Shown: piece after piece, positions 13,055 through 24,850 of the stretch
How positions within the stretch are numbered: the first letter of the stretch is position 1
How the letters are laid out: every line of letters begins with the position of its first letter
Assembly: GCF_038025025.1 (NCBI RefSeq)
Contig: NW_027117343.1
Span: 1,550,001-1,614,000, forward strand
Origin: Phyllosticta citribraziliensis
Lineage: Eukaryota
Reading direction: 5' to 3'
DNA: 64,000 nt
Program-made: the position numbers and the translations under genes
Notes under the pieces: model-generated
What the model was told of the DNA's origin: nothing
The model's input: only the letters and a program-made list of their open reading frames with translations
The model's database searches: none

Positions 13055-14501
13055 CTCCCTCTCCCTCCCCCCCTTTCCATCTACACAACAGCAACGCCAA
13101 CGACAACGGCATCGCTCGCAGCGTCGCTGCCGAGCGACCAAAGAAAACGTCAGATTTACTGTTGGCCTACCATTCTCTTCGTACTGTACTGTCTTTCCGT
13201 CGCTCCTGGCTGTTGCTTCCTGCTTTCTTACTTTTGCCCGGCAGCTCTGGCACGCCGATAGATACACAGGCAGTCAGGCGAGAGGATGACGAGGTGATGA
13301 TGGCGATCGTGACCACAGCGCAAACGCGACACGCAGCATTGCACGCTGCCTTCCATCAGTGAACCAAGGCCGATTGCACTGCATCGACAAGGCAAAATAA
13401 CGTTGGTTGGTCTATCCATTGATCTCTTCATTCGTTCGTTCGTTCGCTGCTTTCGTCTGTCTGTCTGTCTGTCCGCTGCCCATGCGACTCGACACGCCAC
13501 GCATCTCCTGCCCTCCCTTTTCCTTCGCTTTCGCTTTGAATTTTCCGGCAACCAAGCAACCAAGCAAGCAGTCAAGCAGTCAAGTAAGCAGTCTTTTTTT
13601 TCTTCGGCGCGTTGGCGTCACTACCACCCTATATCCACCATCGCCGTCACCGCCGTCGCTCCTGCACAACAGCACACAGCCGACCAAAATAAACGCCAGT
13701 GAAACAAGAAGCCGAGGAGCGCGGCACAACAGCAACGCAAGCAGGGTAGTAGGACAGAACAGGACGTGACAGGAGGCAAAATCTACAGAGCGCAAAGAAG
13801 GAGAGCGTGAGAAACGTGGCCATCAACGGGACAGGCGAGGATTTTAGAAAAGGTGAGGCAGGAGAGAAGAGAGGAGGAGAAGGAAAAGGAGAAGCGGGTA
13901 TATCGGCAGAGAAAGCAAGTGGTACATGGCATAATGGCGTGAGTGCGTAAGAGTGCGTGAGTAATAGATGAACAGGGGAGAGAAAGGGCAAGGGAAATAG
14001 AAAAACCGAAAAGATGGAAAGATGGGAAGATGTGGCTAGCTGTTTGGGCGTTGAGGGCGGCGGTGAGCGCTCTTTTTCGTCTTCGTCTTCGTCTTCTTTT
14101 TCTTCTTCGGCGGCATATCCTTTTCGATCTTTTTGGGATCAACGGCTCTGCGGCGAGAGCTGGCGATGCTGGCGTGGAGTATTGCGCCGTCTGCCTGCGG
14201 TCGTTGGTGCGGCGAGGAGTGTGGCGTGCTGTCTGCCGCACCGCGCCCACACGACGGGATATCCGGAACGACGGGAGCCGCAGCGAGCGCCTGCCAGCTT
14301 CTCAGTCTGACAATGTCTCGCTGCGGAGCACGATTCCCGTGCCAACCCGAAGACTGCAACGGGGAGACAAGTGGAGACCGGCGGAGGAAGGCCTGAACTA
14401 GCCCAGCAGAGGAGAGAGGGGCGGAGCGGAGCGGAGGCGATTCCTAGCGCCCACACGGTGGCAGAACCGACCACGTCCACTCCTCTCCACGCCATTGGTC
14501 C

Positions 14502-15629
14502 TCAGATCAGCTCGTCCGCGCTGCCGGCCCTCGCGCTCTCTTCAATGGCGCGCCACACAAAGTCCTCCTCGAACACGGGGCCCTGCCCGTTGCACCGCGC
14601 GGCGCCGCGCAGCCGCTCGCACACGTCCGCCACGTCGACCGCGCCCTGCCGCACCGCCGGGTGCGCCTGGATGAGATCCCACGTCTCCTTGGCGCCGAGG
14701 TGGTGGCCGGTGCTGGCGGCGCCGACGATGGGGATGCGCGAGAGGATGGTGGCGCCGGGGCCCAGGCCGGCCGTGTCGGGCGGCTTGTGGTGGTCGTCGT
14801 CTTGCGGGACCTTGCCCGTGACGACGGTGACGGCGTCGCGCGCAGAATCTCGTTTTCCGTCTTGGCCCGCTGCAGCAGCAGCTTCAGCCGCTCGTTGTCG
14901 CTTTGCAGGCTGTGCGTGCTGCTCTCCAGCGCCGACAGCTTGGCCTCCAGCTCCCGCACGTGGCGTTCCTTGCGCTCGCGAAAGGCGCGCTGCGCGGCGC
15001 GGTTCTGGGCCTTGCGGCGGGACTGCGCGGGCGTGAGGTTGCCGGTTGCCGTCAAGGCGCCCGTCGGCGTGGCCGCGGTCCCCGTGGCGAGGGACGATAT
15101 GGACGGCCGCTTGACGATGGTGTGTCCGCTCGCCGACTCGCTGTCGTCGTTGTCCGAGGAGCCGCTGCGGGTGCGCGAGGGCGAGTGCGGCGGTAGCGCG
15201 AAGGCGGCGTCTGCGGGAGCGGCTGCGGGAGCGGCGGCAGGAGCAGTGGGCGCGGGCGGGAAGGATTGCTGCTGGAATGGCGGGACGCGTGGTTGGGCAG
15301 AGTCGAGGTCGAGGTTGATGGCGCTGTCGACGCTGGCAGAGGGGTGGAGGGCGGCGGGGCCGGCGACGGCGGCGTGGTGGTGATTGGGCGGCGAGCCGGA
15401 ATGCAGGTTGTGGCAGTAGTGCTGTTGGGGCTGATGCTGCAGCGAGAACTGGTCAAAGTGGTGGTGTTGGTTGTTGTCCTGGGGGCGATTAGTGAGCAGC
15501 AAGCGAAACTGTGGGGATAATACGGACGTGGGGATTTATCTTGTTCTCGATGCCATCGTACGAGGGCGTAGGGGGCAGGCCCATGTAGTATTGCTGCTGG
15601 GGCGGGGCGGAAAAGTACGAGTAGTCCAT
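14502..15629 (-). CDS. AP-1/Yap-like bZIP transcription factor (RsmA/Fcr3-like), apparently frameshifted after the zipper
   Basis: Starts MDYSYF at 15629, with an intron at 15527-15479. Basic region TPAQSRRKAQNRAAQRAFRERKERHVRELE plus a leucine zipper ending ENEILRAT. The C-terminal block KETWDLIQAHP...DVCERLRGAARCNGQGPVFEE...AIEES...DELI* lies in a different frame and ends at 14502. Confidence 0.85.
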
Positions 15630-18519
15630 GGCGATGGTGTCGACGACTCTCAGCTGGCGGGGGAGCTGGAGGTGACAGACGAAGAAGTGGTGGTGGTCTG
15701 GAGGAAATGAAGGTGTCCGGGTCGGGATCGAACAGACCTGAAGCTCGGACGGCAGGCGGAGCGAGGGGAACCAGGCGGAGCGTCGTCGAAATATACCTTT
15801 TGCTGCGTAAGCCGACAGCGACAGCGACACCGACGACAGGAACAAGCTAAGGTAAGGCTGAGGGCGCGACGAGGTGTAAGGTAAGGTATGTAAGGTATTC
15901 TCTTCGCTGTCCTCCATGTCGGCCGGTCAGTCAGTGCTGTGGGCTGTGGCCGTCCGTCATGACGAGGACGAACAAATCCCTGCAGCTGATCCGCCCGTCG
16001 ATCGTCACTGGCCACTGCATCTGACCGGCCGCTGCAACGAAACAAACGAAACATGTATCAACTACTTCAAACGACATCCCCATCCCATCCCAATTCTGCA
16101 ACCCAACGCCTCCTCTCCCCACCATGTCCCTGTCCACCACAACAACCGGCCCGCCGTCCGCCTCCGCCCTACAGTACATCGCGGATCCACCTGAGCAGAG
16201 CAACGCACTTCCCCCGCCAGCCGGAAGACGTGGCTGATTAACGTTACCGCGGGAGGCCGCTTGAGAGGAGAAGCTTTGTATTTTGGTGTCAGAAGCACCC
16301 TTTTCTCATTTGTTGTGCGATCCGCGCGCTTGGTTGGTTGCCCGTTGGCGCATGGGTCTGGAAGCGGGCGGGCCGGCGGCGCGGGCTTTGGCTGCTCCTC
16401 GAGTCCTCTTTGCGGGTGAGCGGCATGCCCCCAGGCAGAAGTGAGGCTGTTTGGCCAAGATCCGCGATGACGGGCTTTGCGGTACACGTGCTTCAGGTAC
16501 CAGTGCCTATGGCAGTGTCATCCGGCATGCTCGAGGTGGTGTCGTAGCTTGGACTGGTGTTGTAGGAGTACTCGGGTCCAGATTGGGCATGCTTGCAGCA
16601 AGTGTCGTCTACCACTGAACGTCAACATCAATGCCTTTTCCCATCTAGTATGGTTGGGAATCCATCCTCTCCGACGTGCAATAGTCTTGCGAATCTCGAG
16701 TCTTCCAACAAGCCTCGACATCTTCACTGATTGGTCGGAGAAAAGCTGCAGGGGTAAACATCCAAGCAAAGCAGCTAGACAAGCGCCAAGCATTTCAGGA
16801 CTCGGTTCCCGCAGTACATATGCTCATGCATATGCCCATTGAAATGTAAGCCGCGATAGATGAACCTTGCGCTACACAACTTGAGCATGAGCCTTCTGAA
16901 GAATATCAATGTGTGTAGGAGCGTTGATGGAAGACAAGCGCGATTGACGAATCGAAAGACCCGGAAAGCACCGCCCCGAGACACTTGCGCAGAGAGATCA
17001 GCGCACTGCAGAGTCTGTGGTCCCAAAACAGGGGCATCAAAATCGGGAATGACAAGACTGGAGCGAGGTGAAGAGATGATGAAGCAAGCCAGTGTTGGAT
17101 CAACCAACCGTTCAACACCGATAAATGAATACCATCGCCTCCAGAGATCCAGATGCCCCGCCTGATCACGTACATTCAAGTACAGCAGAACACAGTATGA
17201 CGTGCGGTCCATGGATTCGCGCATCATCATCAAGTCCCATGTCTTCCGAACCCGTCTTACCTAGGCAGATCCTATGCCAGGCCGGCAGCGATCCTCAACC
17301 AACATATGTGAGTAGGCGAGATGGCCGAGACCATGAGGCTGAAACCCACGCTTGCGTGGTCATCGACCCCGCGCCGCACCTCGCCACGCTCCGAAAGACG
17401 GCGACAGCCAGTGGTGGAATGGAACGATCGAGGTCAGATGGGCAGCAGAGGCTTGAGAAGGCGGAGGCGGAGGCTGAGATGAAATCCGCAGAGAGGGGTG
17501 AAGATACGCAGTGCGACGCCGCAAGAGGGGAAGGACAGGGAAAGCGTTGCCAACATGTCGTCAGCGACGGACGAGGCCAATGGCAAGACGGTCCAGGGGC
17601 TGGCGAGGCTGATGTTGCATACGCGATGGTTTACGCCCAGGCCCACGTGTGCGGTTGAGAAGATGGATGGTCCAGTGTTGGAGGAGTCAGGGGGCCAAAA
17701 CGGGTAACTGCATGCATGAAGATGTCCATGCAGCCATGATACGGGCTACGGTCTGGACTCGAGATTGGGTGATTCTGAAAGGAGAGCCGGAGAAACGCGA
17801 TAACGTAGTTGGACGCTGCGGCGCCATTTGGTTGTGTTGGTGGCGTGGTGACAGCGCGTCTACTCAACCGCACTGTCCATGGACGGCGGCGATATACAAA
17901 GGCTGGCTGGAGAGAATGGGTGACTCACGAATGCTCAAATCTCTCTCAAGTTGAGGTCTCAGAATATATTGAGCCGTCCCACGATGCACATCTATTGCAA
18001 ACGAGTCCGCCGTATCAATGTCACTATATTCCAAGTCAGCAAAAGTCGGCCGAAGGACGCGCGTGGCTGCCGGACGTGATTCACCGTGGAGGAATGGCCA
18101 TCGTCGAAGCAGATGATGCGCCAAAGCATTTCGCGAGACATCCGACGAAAAGAAAATGGAAAAAGACGTAGTCGTTCGTGGTCAGCAGCTGAGCGGCTTT
18201 TCAGGGGCGAATCACCAGCCGCTGTTGGAGACTTGAGCTTGAAGCTGAAAGGTTGGTGTGAGCTCGGGAATTCACCAGGGACTTTGGCACGTGTCACTGT
18301 CATGGCTGACCTGCTGGAGATTTCGTAGGTTTTCAGGTCGGCCGTGCCAATAATCCTTTTGATCCATTCCAGTCGCTTTCGTATTTTCGTTGGCTTATTT
18401 GCCTTCTAGATTGTAGATTCGGGTCCTTTACTGCTGTGTCTAGGTGCCAGGCCTGGGACCATTGACGGTCGAACTTCCCGAGCCAGCTCGAGCATGGCGT
18501 TGATGTGTGCCCGCTGGGC

Positions 18520-19400
18520 TCAATCCCAGTCGCTATCTTCGTCGTCGTCATTCCGGGATTGGCGAATCTTCTTGGGTCCTTGCTCGGTATCCTCGTCTTT
18601 GCGCCTCAACCGTGGGTCGGAATGCTGCAGCGCCCCGAGATCCAATAGGACTTTCTTGATATCTGCACGTTGTCAGTCAAGTGTAGAGACACAAAGAGTG
18701 TGCACCTACCGTCGGTCGACGTCCGCGGCCCATTGAGCTCCCTCAGCGTCACAATTTGCCTCTTGATATCGCCATCCTTGTATATCAGCACCGTGGGGCA
18801 ATTCTTGTCCGGATATCCCTCGATGCACAAGTTGCCGCGCATCTTGCAAAACTTGATGTCTCCAAAGTCCCGCGCAAGCTCCCGCCACAGCTCTTCCGCA
18901 ATGCGCGACTCCACGTTGGAGTCTGAAGCGGTGAGGAGCACAAATACCCATGCCTTTTGCGACGCTTCCGTCACCTCGCGCGAGTAGTCTGGTTTTTGGA
19001 CCGGGTAGACCTGGTTGAAGACTGATGCTTTCGTAATGGTTGATAGCTCCGCCATGCGCTTCTTCCTGTCATTTGTCAGAGACTGCCGATGGCGAACGGA
19101 TAGCACCAACCGGTATTGCTCGAGAAAGTCCTCATCCTCGTCGTCCTCCAGCTCGTCCAGCTCGTCCAAGTCTTTGCCCTCCAGTCTGTTCTCGTGTGCC
19201 AATCTCCTCGCCTCGACGAGGGCTTCTTCGATCATGGGCGTGGGCGACGGGGGCTTTTCTGGAATGACTCCATGCTTGCGCAAAATGTCGTTCCTGGAAT
19301 TGCGTCAGCCTGCAGCCCAAACTGGAGCCAAGGACGCTCACCATTCAGTGTCCTCGTTCGGGTCGACTTCTACGGGAATGGGGACGTCTGGAATGTTCAT
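18520..19400 (-). CDS. PLP2: Phosducin-like protein 2 (thioredoxin-fold CCT co-chaperone)
   Basis: DPNEDTEW/NDILRKHGVIPEKPP (intron 19341-19294), LDELEDDEDEDFLEQYR, YSREVTEAS, CIEGYPDKNCPTVLIYKDG, and the terminus DEDSDWD*. Two more short introns. Confidence 0.92.
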
Positions 19401-19829
19401 CGTGGTGGCAGATTCAAAGTAGCCGGCGAGCAGCAGAGTGTCTTGAAGCAATCTAATCTGCTTCTGCGCAGGGTTGTTGTCGATGCCTGTGGAGCTGCAG
19501 CTCGTCGGGGGCTTCGACGTCTCCGCAAAGTCGTTGCCGGTGTTGTGGCCCGTGCACCGGCCTGATCATGGGCCACCGCCCGGCAGAGAGCTCCCATCAC
19601 CACACACCCAGGGTGAACTCGCCCACTCCCTCCCAACAACCCGCTCGCGCCAACCTCTACACGATACGATTCGCTGCCCGGCACCGAATCGCTCGTCGCT
19701 CACTTCCATCGCGACATCGCCGTCAACCCCGGTCGCGCAACTACCTCCGGACGGCCAACGAGGACACCTATACCCCATACTTGAGGCCACGCATACCCAG
19801 GTTGCCTGTTGGCGCCCACCAGCATTACA

Positions 19830-22800
19830 ATGGTGGACTACAACAAAAAAGACATGCCGCAGAGCATTGCGACTCCCACGGCCATTGACAAATCAAAAGT
19901 TTTGGCACAAGGTGCGTGCTTCGACTGCTTTCTGTTGCCAACGGGAGCTGACCGTGCAAAGCTCGTGAGATTTTAGACGACTCCAGCCTCACTCCGCTCG
20001 AGTGTCGCCCAATACTTGCTTCAGTCGCCCGACTGATTCTCAGTGGAGAAGAGTTGAAGCCGCCAGAAGTCGCCGAGATGCTTGACGAGATCAAGGAACT
20101 CTTCAAACATGAATCTCCCGCGCTCCGCCAACTTGTCCACTTGATCATCAAGGAAATGTACCAACTTGAAAATCTCAACCTCCACAATTACCGCCTTTTC
20201 CTTCCAAGCTCGGTCTCTAAGGATGCAGGAGGAAATCAGTCGCAGAGCAAAAGTTCCGTCAACAATCCTGTCAGGATTCTCCAACCCAATGCTACTAGGG
20301 CCTTCTGTCGTGTCTCCGAGGTGAGTCAGAAGCTGCTGAATCACGAAAGGGTGCTAACAAACAGCAGGCTTCTACTGCCCAAAGTTTTTCAACAAAAGTC
20401 GATCCCTTGATTGTCGACCCCGAACCCAGCATCCAGTCTGCTGCTCTTGTCGGCCTCTATCATACACTTCCCTTGGGACTTTCGCACCTCCGACCCCTCC
20501 AAGGGAAGATCCAAGAGGTCCCAAACAAGATTCAAGAGGCTTTCAAGGAAAAGAGGGGGATTTCGGCCTGGCCGGAATACCATGCCCTTGGACTCGACTA
20601 TCGCAACCGCCTTGCCCCCGAAATGCTGGCCAAGGACTACATCAGGTCTAGCGACGGAGGCTCCAGACACTTGAAAAAACTTCAAGCGCCCGCGTCCAAA
20701 ATCTTCTTCGCCCGCTTCGCAGCCGAGATGGCCGAGAAGAGCAATTATCGACAGGGTGCGATCGAGTTCCTAAAGGAGCAGTTGGACTTCTTCCAGTCCA
20801 TCGAGTACGATCCGACGGTCACTGGCGACAAAGAATCCTTCGTTTTGAAGCGCTCCATGGTAGCGCTCGAGGCTGCCAAAACCATTTGCCAAATCGAAGA
20901 CATCGACCGCGGATCTCTCGATGAAGCTGTGCAGAAACTTGTGGAGATGGCAAACAATTCCCACCAGGTTGTCAAGTTTGCCGCCATGCGGACTCTCTGC
21001 AGCGTTGCTAGCACCTACCCGGACATGGTCCGCCGGCACAACGACAGCATCAGGAAACAGATGAAGAACTCGAATAAGGACATTGGAAGTTTCGCCACTA
21101 CCACTTTGCTGAAGACAGCCGACGAGGCCGACGTGGACACCCTCATGAAGGAAGTCGGAAGTCTCATGACAAATGCGACCAACGATTTCAAGGTCGTCAT
21201 CGTGGAGGCAGTCACGACGCTCTGCCTGAAGTTTCCCGCGAAGAAGACTGCCTTGGCCAAATTCCTCGGCGACTATCTCAAGGATGAAGGGTCTTACGAA
21301 TTCAAGCGTGCCATGGTCGAGGGCATGTTTGACCTAGTCAAGTCCATTCCAGAAACCAAAAAGGACGTCTTGACCCAGCTTTGCGAGTTCATCGAGGACT
21401 GCGAATACCCGAACCTCACTATCCGGGTGCTGCATCTCGTTGGCACTGAGGGGCCAACAGTAGATCACCCTACCCCTTTCATTCGTTACATCTACAATCG
21501 CTTGGTGTTGGAGAATGCCCTCGTCCGTGCAGCCGCCGTGACGGCGCTTTCCAAGTTCGGCGTCGGCCAAAAGGAGCCCGAGCTCAAGCGCAGCGTCCAC
21601 GTCCTTCTCAGCCGCAGCTTGGACGACGAAGATGACGAAGTCCGAGATCGAGCAGCTTTGAGCCTGCGGTTGATGGATGGCGAGGACGAGAAATCGCGCG
21701 AGCTCGTCAGAAATGGTAAGGACACCTCGGCCCTCTGTGAATGTCTCTAACATGCGGCAGACTCCATGTACTCCCTTGCAGAATTCGAGGACAGGCTAGC
21801 CTTGTACGTGTCGACTGACGATCGTTCCGCTTTCAATGAGCCTTTCGACCTCTCCCTGGTGCCCATCGTCAGCAGGGATAAGGCTCTCTCCGAGAGTCGT
21901 ACCAAGAAGCTCCTGGCATCTACAACTCCCAAACCTCCTTCTGCCTCGAAGAACCCTGGGCGGAAAGGCGCTGATGATTTGGCCCCATCTGACGCTGCTG
22001 CTCAGAAGAAATACACGCAGCAGTTGCAGGCTATCCCAGAGTTCTCTGGATACGGCAAACTCCTGAAGTCTTCACCTGCCATCGAGCTCACTGAATCGGG
22101 TATAGAGTACATCGTCACTGTGGTCAAACACGTTTACGACAAGCACGTCGTGCTCCAGTTCAACATCACAAACGACATGGACAACACCGCTTTTGAAAAT
22201 GTCGACGTACAGTTCGAATCCGTCAGCGAATACCTTGAAGCAGATTGGAGGGTTCCTATTGAAAGACTCGAGAAAGACCAGTCCGGCATATTTTACGTCA
22301 GTTTCAAGAACACTCGAAAATACGTTTCAGGCCCCTACGAGTTTGCCGGCAAGCTTAGCTGCATCTTGAAGGATACACAACATCCCGACGACCAAGGCTA
22401 CGAGGACGGTTGGGGTCTCATTCCTTTCTCTCTCACAGTCGGAGATTTCTTCTTGCCGGCGTTTTCCGGAAGCTTTGACAATTTTTGGCAACAGCCTCGC
22501 ATCCGCCACGTCGGAAAAACTTGGACAGTTCCCCGGACAAGTATTCAAGGTAGGATCTCCTACTCTTTGCATATCGACTACAGAAACTAATTTCGTTCAG
22601 AATACGTTGAAAAAACCCTTCAGGCGCTGCAGCTTGAACCTTTCGATGGCACAGGGACTGTGTCGAGCAAATATGTACACAAGCTTAAGTTGTACGGTAG
22701 AACGATATACGGCGGCAAGGTTGCGGCGATGGTGGATATCGTGCGCCAGACAAGCACTGGTCCGATTGATCACATGGTGAAAGTCCAAGCCAGGTCGGAG

Positions 22801-22929
22801 GAAATTGGCGTTGCCACGTTGATTAAGAAGACCATGCCGCTTTATGTGGAGAAGCCCGATGAGGAGGAGGGGGCGGAGGCGGAGGCGGAGGTTGAGGAGG
22901 AGGAGGAGCAGGAAATGGAGGATGAGTAG
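19830..22929 (+). CDS. SEC21: Coatomer gamma subunit (gamma-COP/Sec21-like), divergent
   Basis: Conserved core motifs QLCEFIEDCEY, FIRYIYNRLVLENALVRAAAVTALSKFG, LDDEDDEVRDRA and ELTESGIEYIVTVVKHVY..HVVLQFNITN. Four short GT-AG introns start near 19912, 20321, 21716 and 22550. The start MVDYNKKD is inferred. Confidence 0.88.
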
Positions 22930-23559
22930 GCGCAATGGGTCAAATTCCTCAGTGTCCGCAGGGCACGGGCAAAATTCTCAGTTGCATGACATAGCCTTGA
23001 ATGGGTTGCCAGTTCAATTTCACTTCATCCCCAGAAATCACTTCGATGACCTGAGCTTGTGCAATCCATCGCAATCTCAGGCAGCGAGGCTCATGATTCC
23101 CCATTTCCAGATTTTGAGTGTATCCCCCGTCTATTTTGATGATATATTCGAACAGAGTAGACCATGGTGTGGTACGAAGCTGAAATGTTTACAGTCGAGA
23201 CTATCCACTCAGCTGAAAGAGTGCGAAATTGCAGCGAATCCAATTGGCATTGCGTGCAGCACAGGATGTGAGTTTGTAGACTCTGATGCTCAGGGCTAAC
23301 CGAGCACATGGACTGGCAACTTCGTCCGTGGTTGATACGTGCGGGGCCGCAAATCTGCACAAGAAATAGACAACCGAGAGACAACAGTTACCCTGCTGCT
23401 TGCGAATAGCCAACTTTAGACACGCTGGACGGCGGCGTAGAACAAGGCTGAAGTGTCCTGGGACAGATGCGCTGGAATCCTGGAGCCTGATTCGCGGCCC
23501 TGAAGACGGCGACAAAGTTGCACGTCGTGGCCTACCGCGTTGGGCCGGCGACATGGAGG

Positions 23560-24850
23560 TAAGGACCAATCGGAAAAGTTTGAACGCATCTTTGAACGTA
23601 GTTGAGAGCGGCGTTGGCTCTGCTCCGCGGCAACTTGGATCAGCGATCCTGGGCTATGACCTGTCTAGCCGCACAAGACAGGCAAAAGGGAGTATGGCAC
23701 CAATCAGGGAGCATTCGAACGCAACATTAAACGTCTGCAGTACGGCGTCGACGGTCACGATAGCAAGGGAATCCATGCGCAAGCCAATTGACGAGCAGCG
23801 AAAGTCAGGGGAGGGAAAGCTTCGAACGGCGAGAAAATGCGGCGTAGGGCGCGGTCTGCAATGGGGATGTGAGAAGCGAGAGAACCAAGTCAGCGTACGC
23901 CACCAGATTCCCAGCCAATGGCATGGCTGAAGAAATCACATTGAACGTCGGCGTGTACGGCGTCAACAAAGGAGGCTGGCGTAGTGACGAGACTGCAGCT
24001 ATTCGAGCCAATCAATCAGCACATGAAGAGCAACTTCAAACGTAGAGAGGAGCGGCGTAGGGCGTGGTCTGCGAAAATCGGATCATGAGAAGCGAGGAAG
24101 ACAAGAATAGATGAGCGCCACGAGGGAAGGCTTCTCGACCAATTGCATCCACGAAAGGACAACATCGAACGCCGTGGTGTAAGGCGCCAACTGAGGGTGG
24201 CCTAGGCGGGTTTGCAAAGGTGGATATCGATATCGCGGGAGCCAACCGAATCGACAAGGTAGAGAGACAACTTTGAACATGGCAGAGCGCGGCGTAGGGC
24301 GCAATCTGCAGCCATGCGAACATGCGGGACCGTCAAAAGCAATGCTGGATACTCCCAGACCTATCAAGCAGGCGCATGGCGAACCTCGAACGTCGAAGAG
24401 TGCGGCGTCAGGCAGAAAAGATGGGTCAGCGGCTAACTTACAGGTATTGGCAGGGTAAAGGGGCTGCTTTCGCTAATTATGCATGCGGGTTCGAAAGCAT
24501 TGAGCGCCTCTCCGCGCGGCTTAACGCACGAGATGGAAACGAACGGCCTAGCTATCAGCTTTGAGGAGTGGCACTCGTCCAAAAACCAATCGATGGCACG
24601 GGTTCCAATGTTGAACGTCTTGGGTTGCGGCGTCAAGTCCGACCGCAAGTAGTTGAGCGGCATGAAATCGAAATCGAAAGCAGCGAGGCCAGAGATGACG
24701 ACTTGCGTGGACCAATCGCTCGCACAGATTGTCAAGCAGTGAAGGTGGGGGCCAGAACACTGCAAATATGACGGACAGGGGCTCTAGCAAATGGAATCGG
24801 CGCATTTGCAACGTCGAACGTAGAGAGTGCGGCGTCTTGCAGGATTGCAT
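23560..24850. repeat. Degenerate tandem repeat, ~220 bp period with a ~110 bp sub-period
   Basis: GGCGTAGGGCG..TCTGC at 23841, 24054 and 24291. Related T(T/C)GAACG-N8-12-GGCG(T/C) at ~23592, 23726, 23941, 24164, 24386, 24611 and 24814. Confidence 0.6.

Noticed and set aside
6200..14400. Many 60-305 aa ORFs inside and around array 1
   Set aside because: No recognisable domains, Cys/Arg/Ser-rich random composition, and no consistent position relative to the units. Small spliced genes cannot be fully excluded.
14502..15629. bZIP as HacA with an IRE1-spliced 20-nt intron
   Set aside because: The basic region is AP-1/Yap-type rather than Hac1-type, and I could not identify paired IRE1 stem-loops.
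23560..24850. tRNA or SINE cluster suggested by GTTCRA words on the minus strand
   Set aside because: No A-box or cloverleaf could be built by eye.
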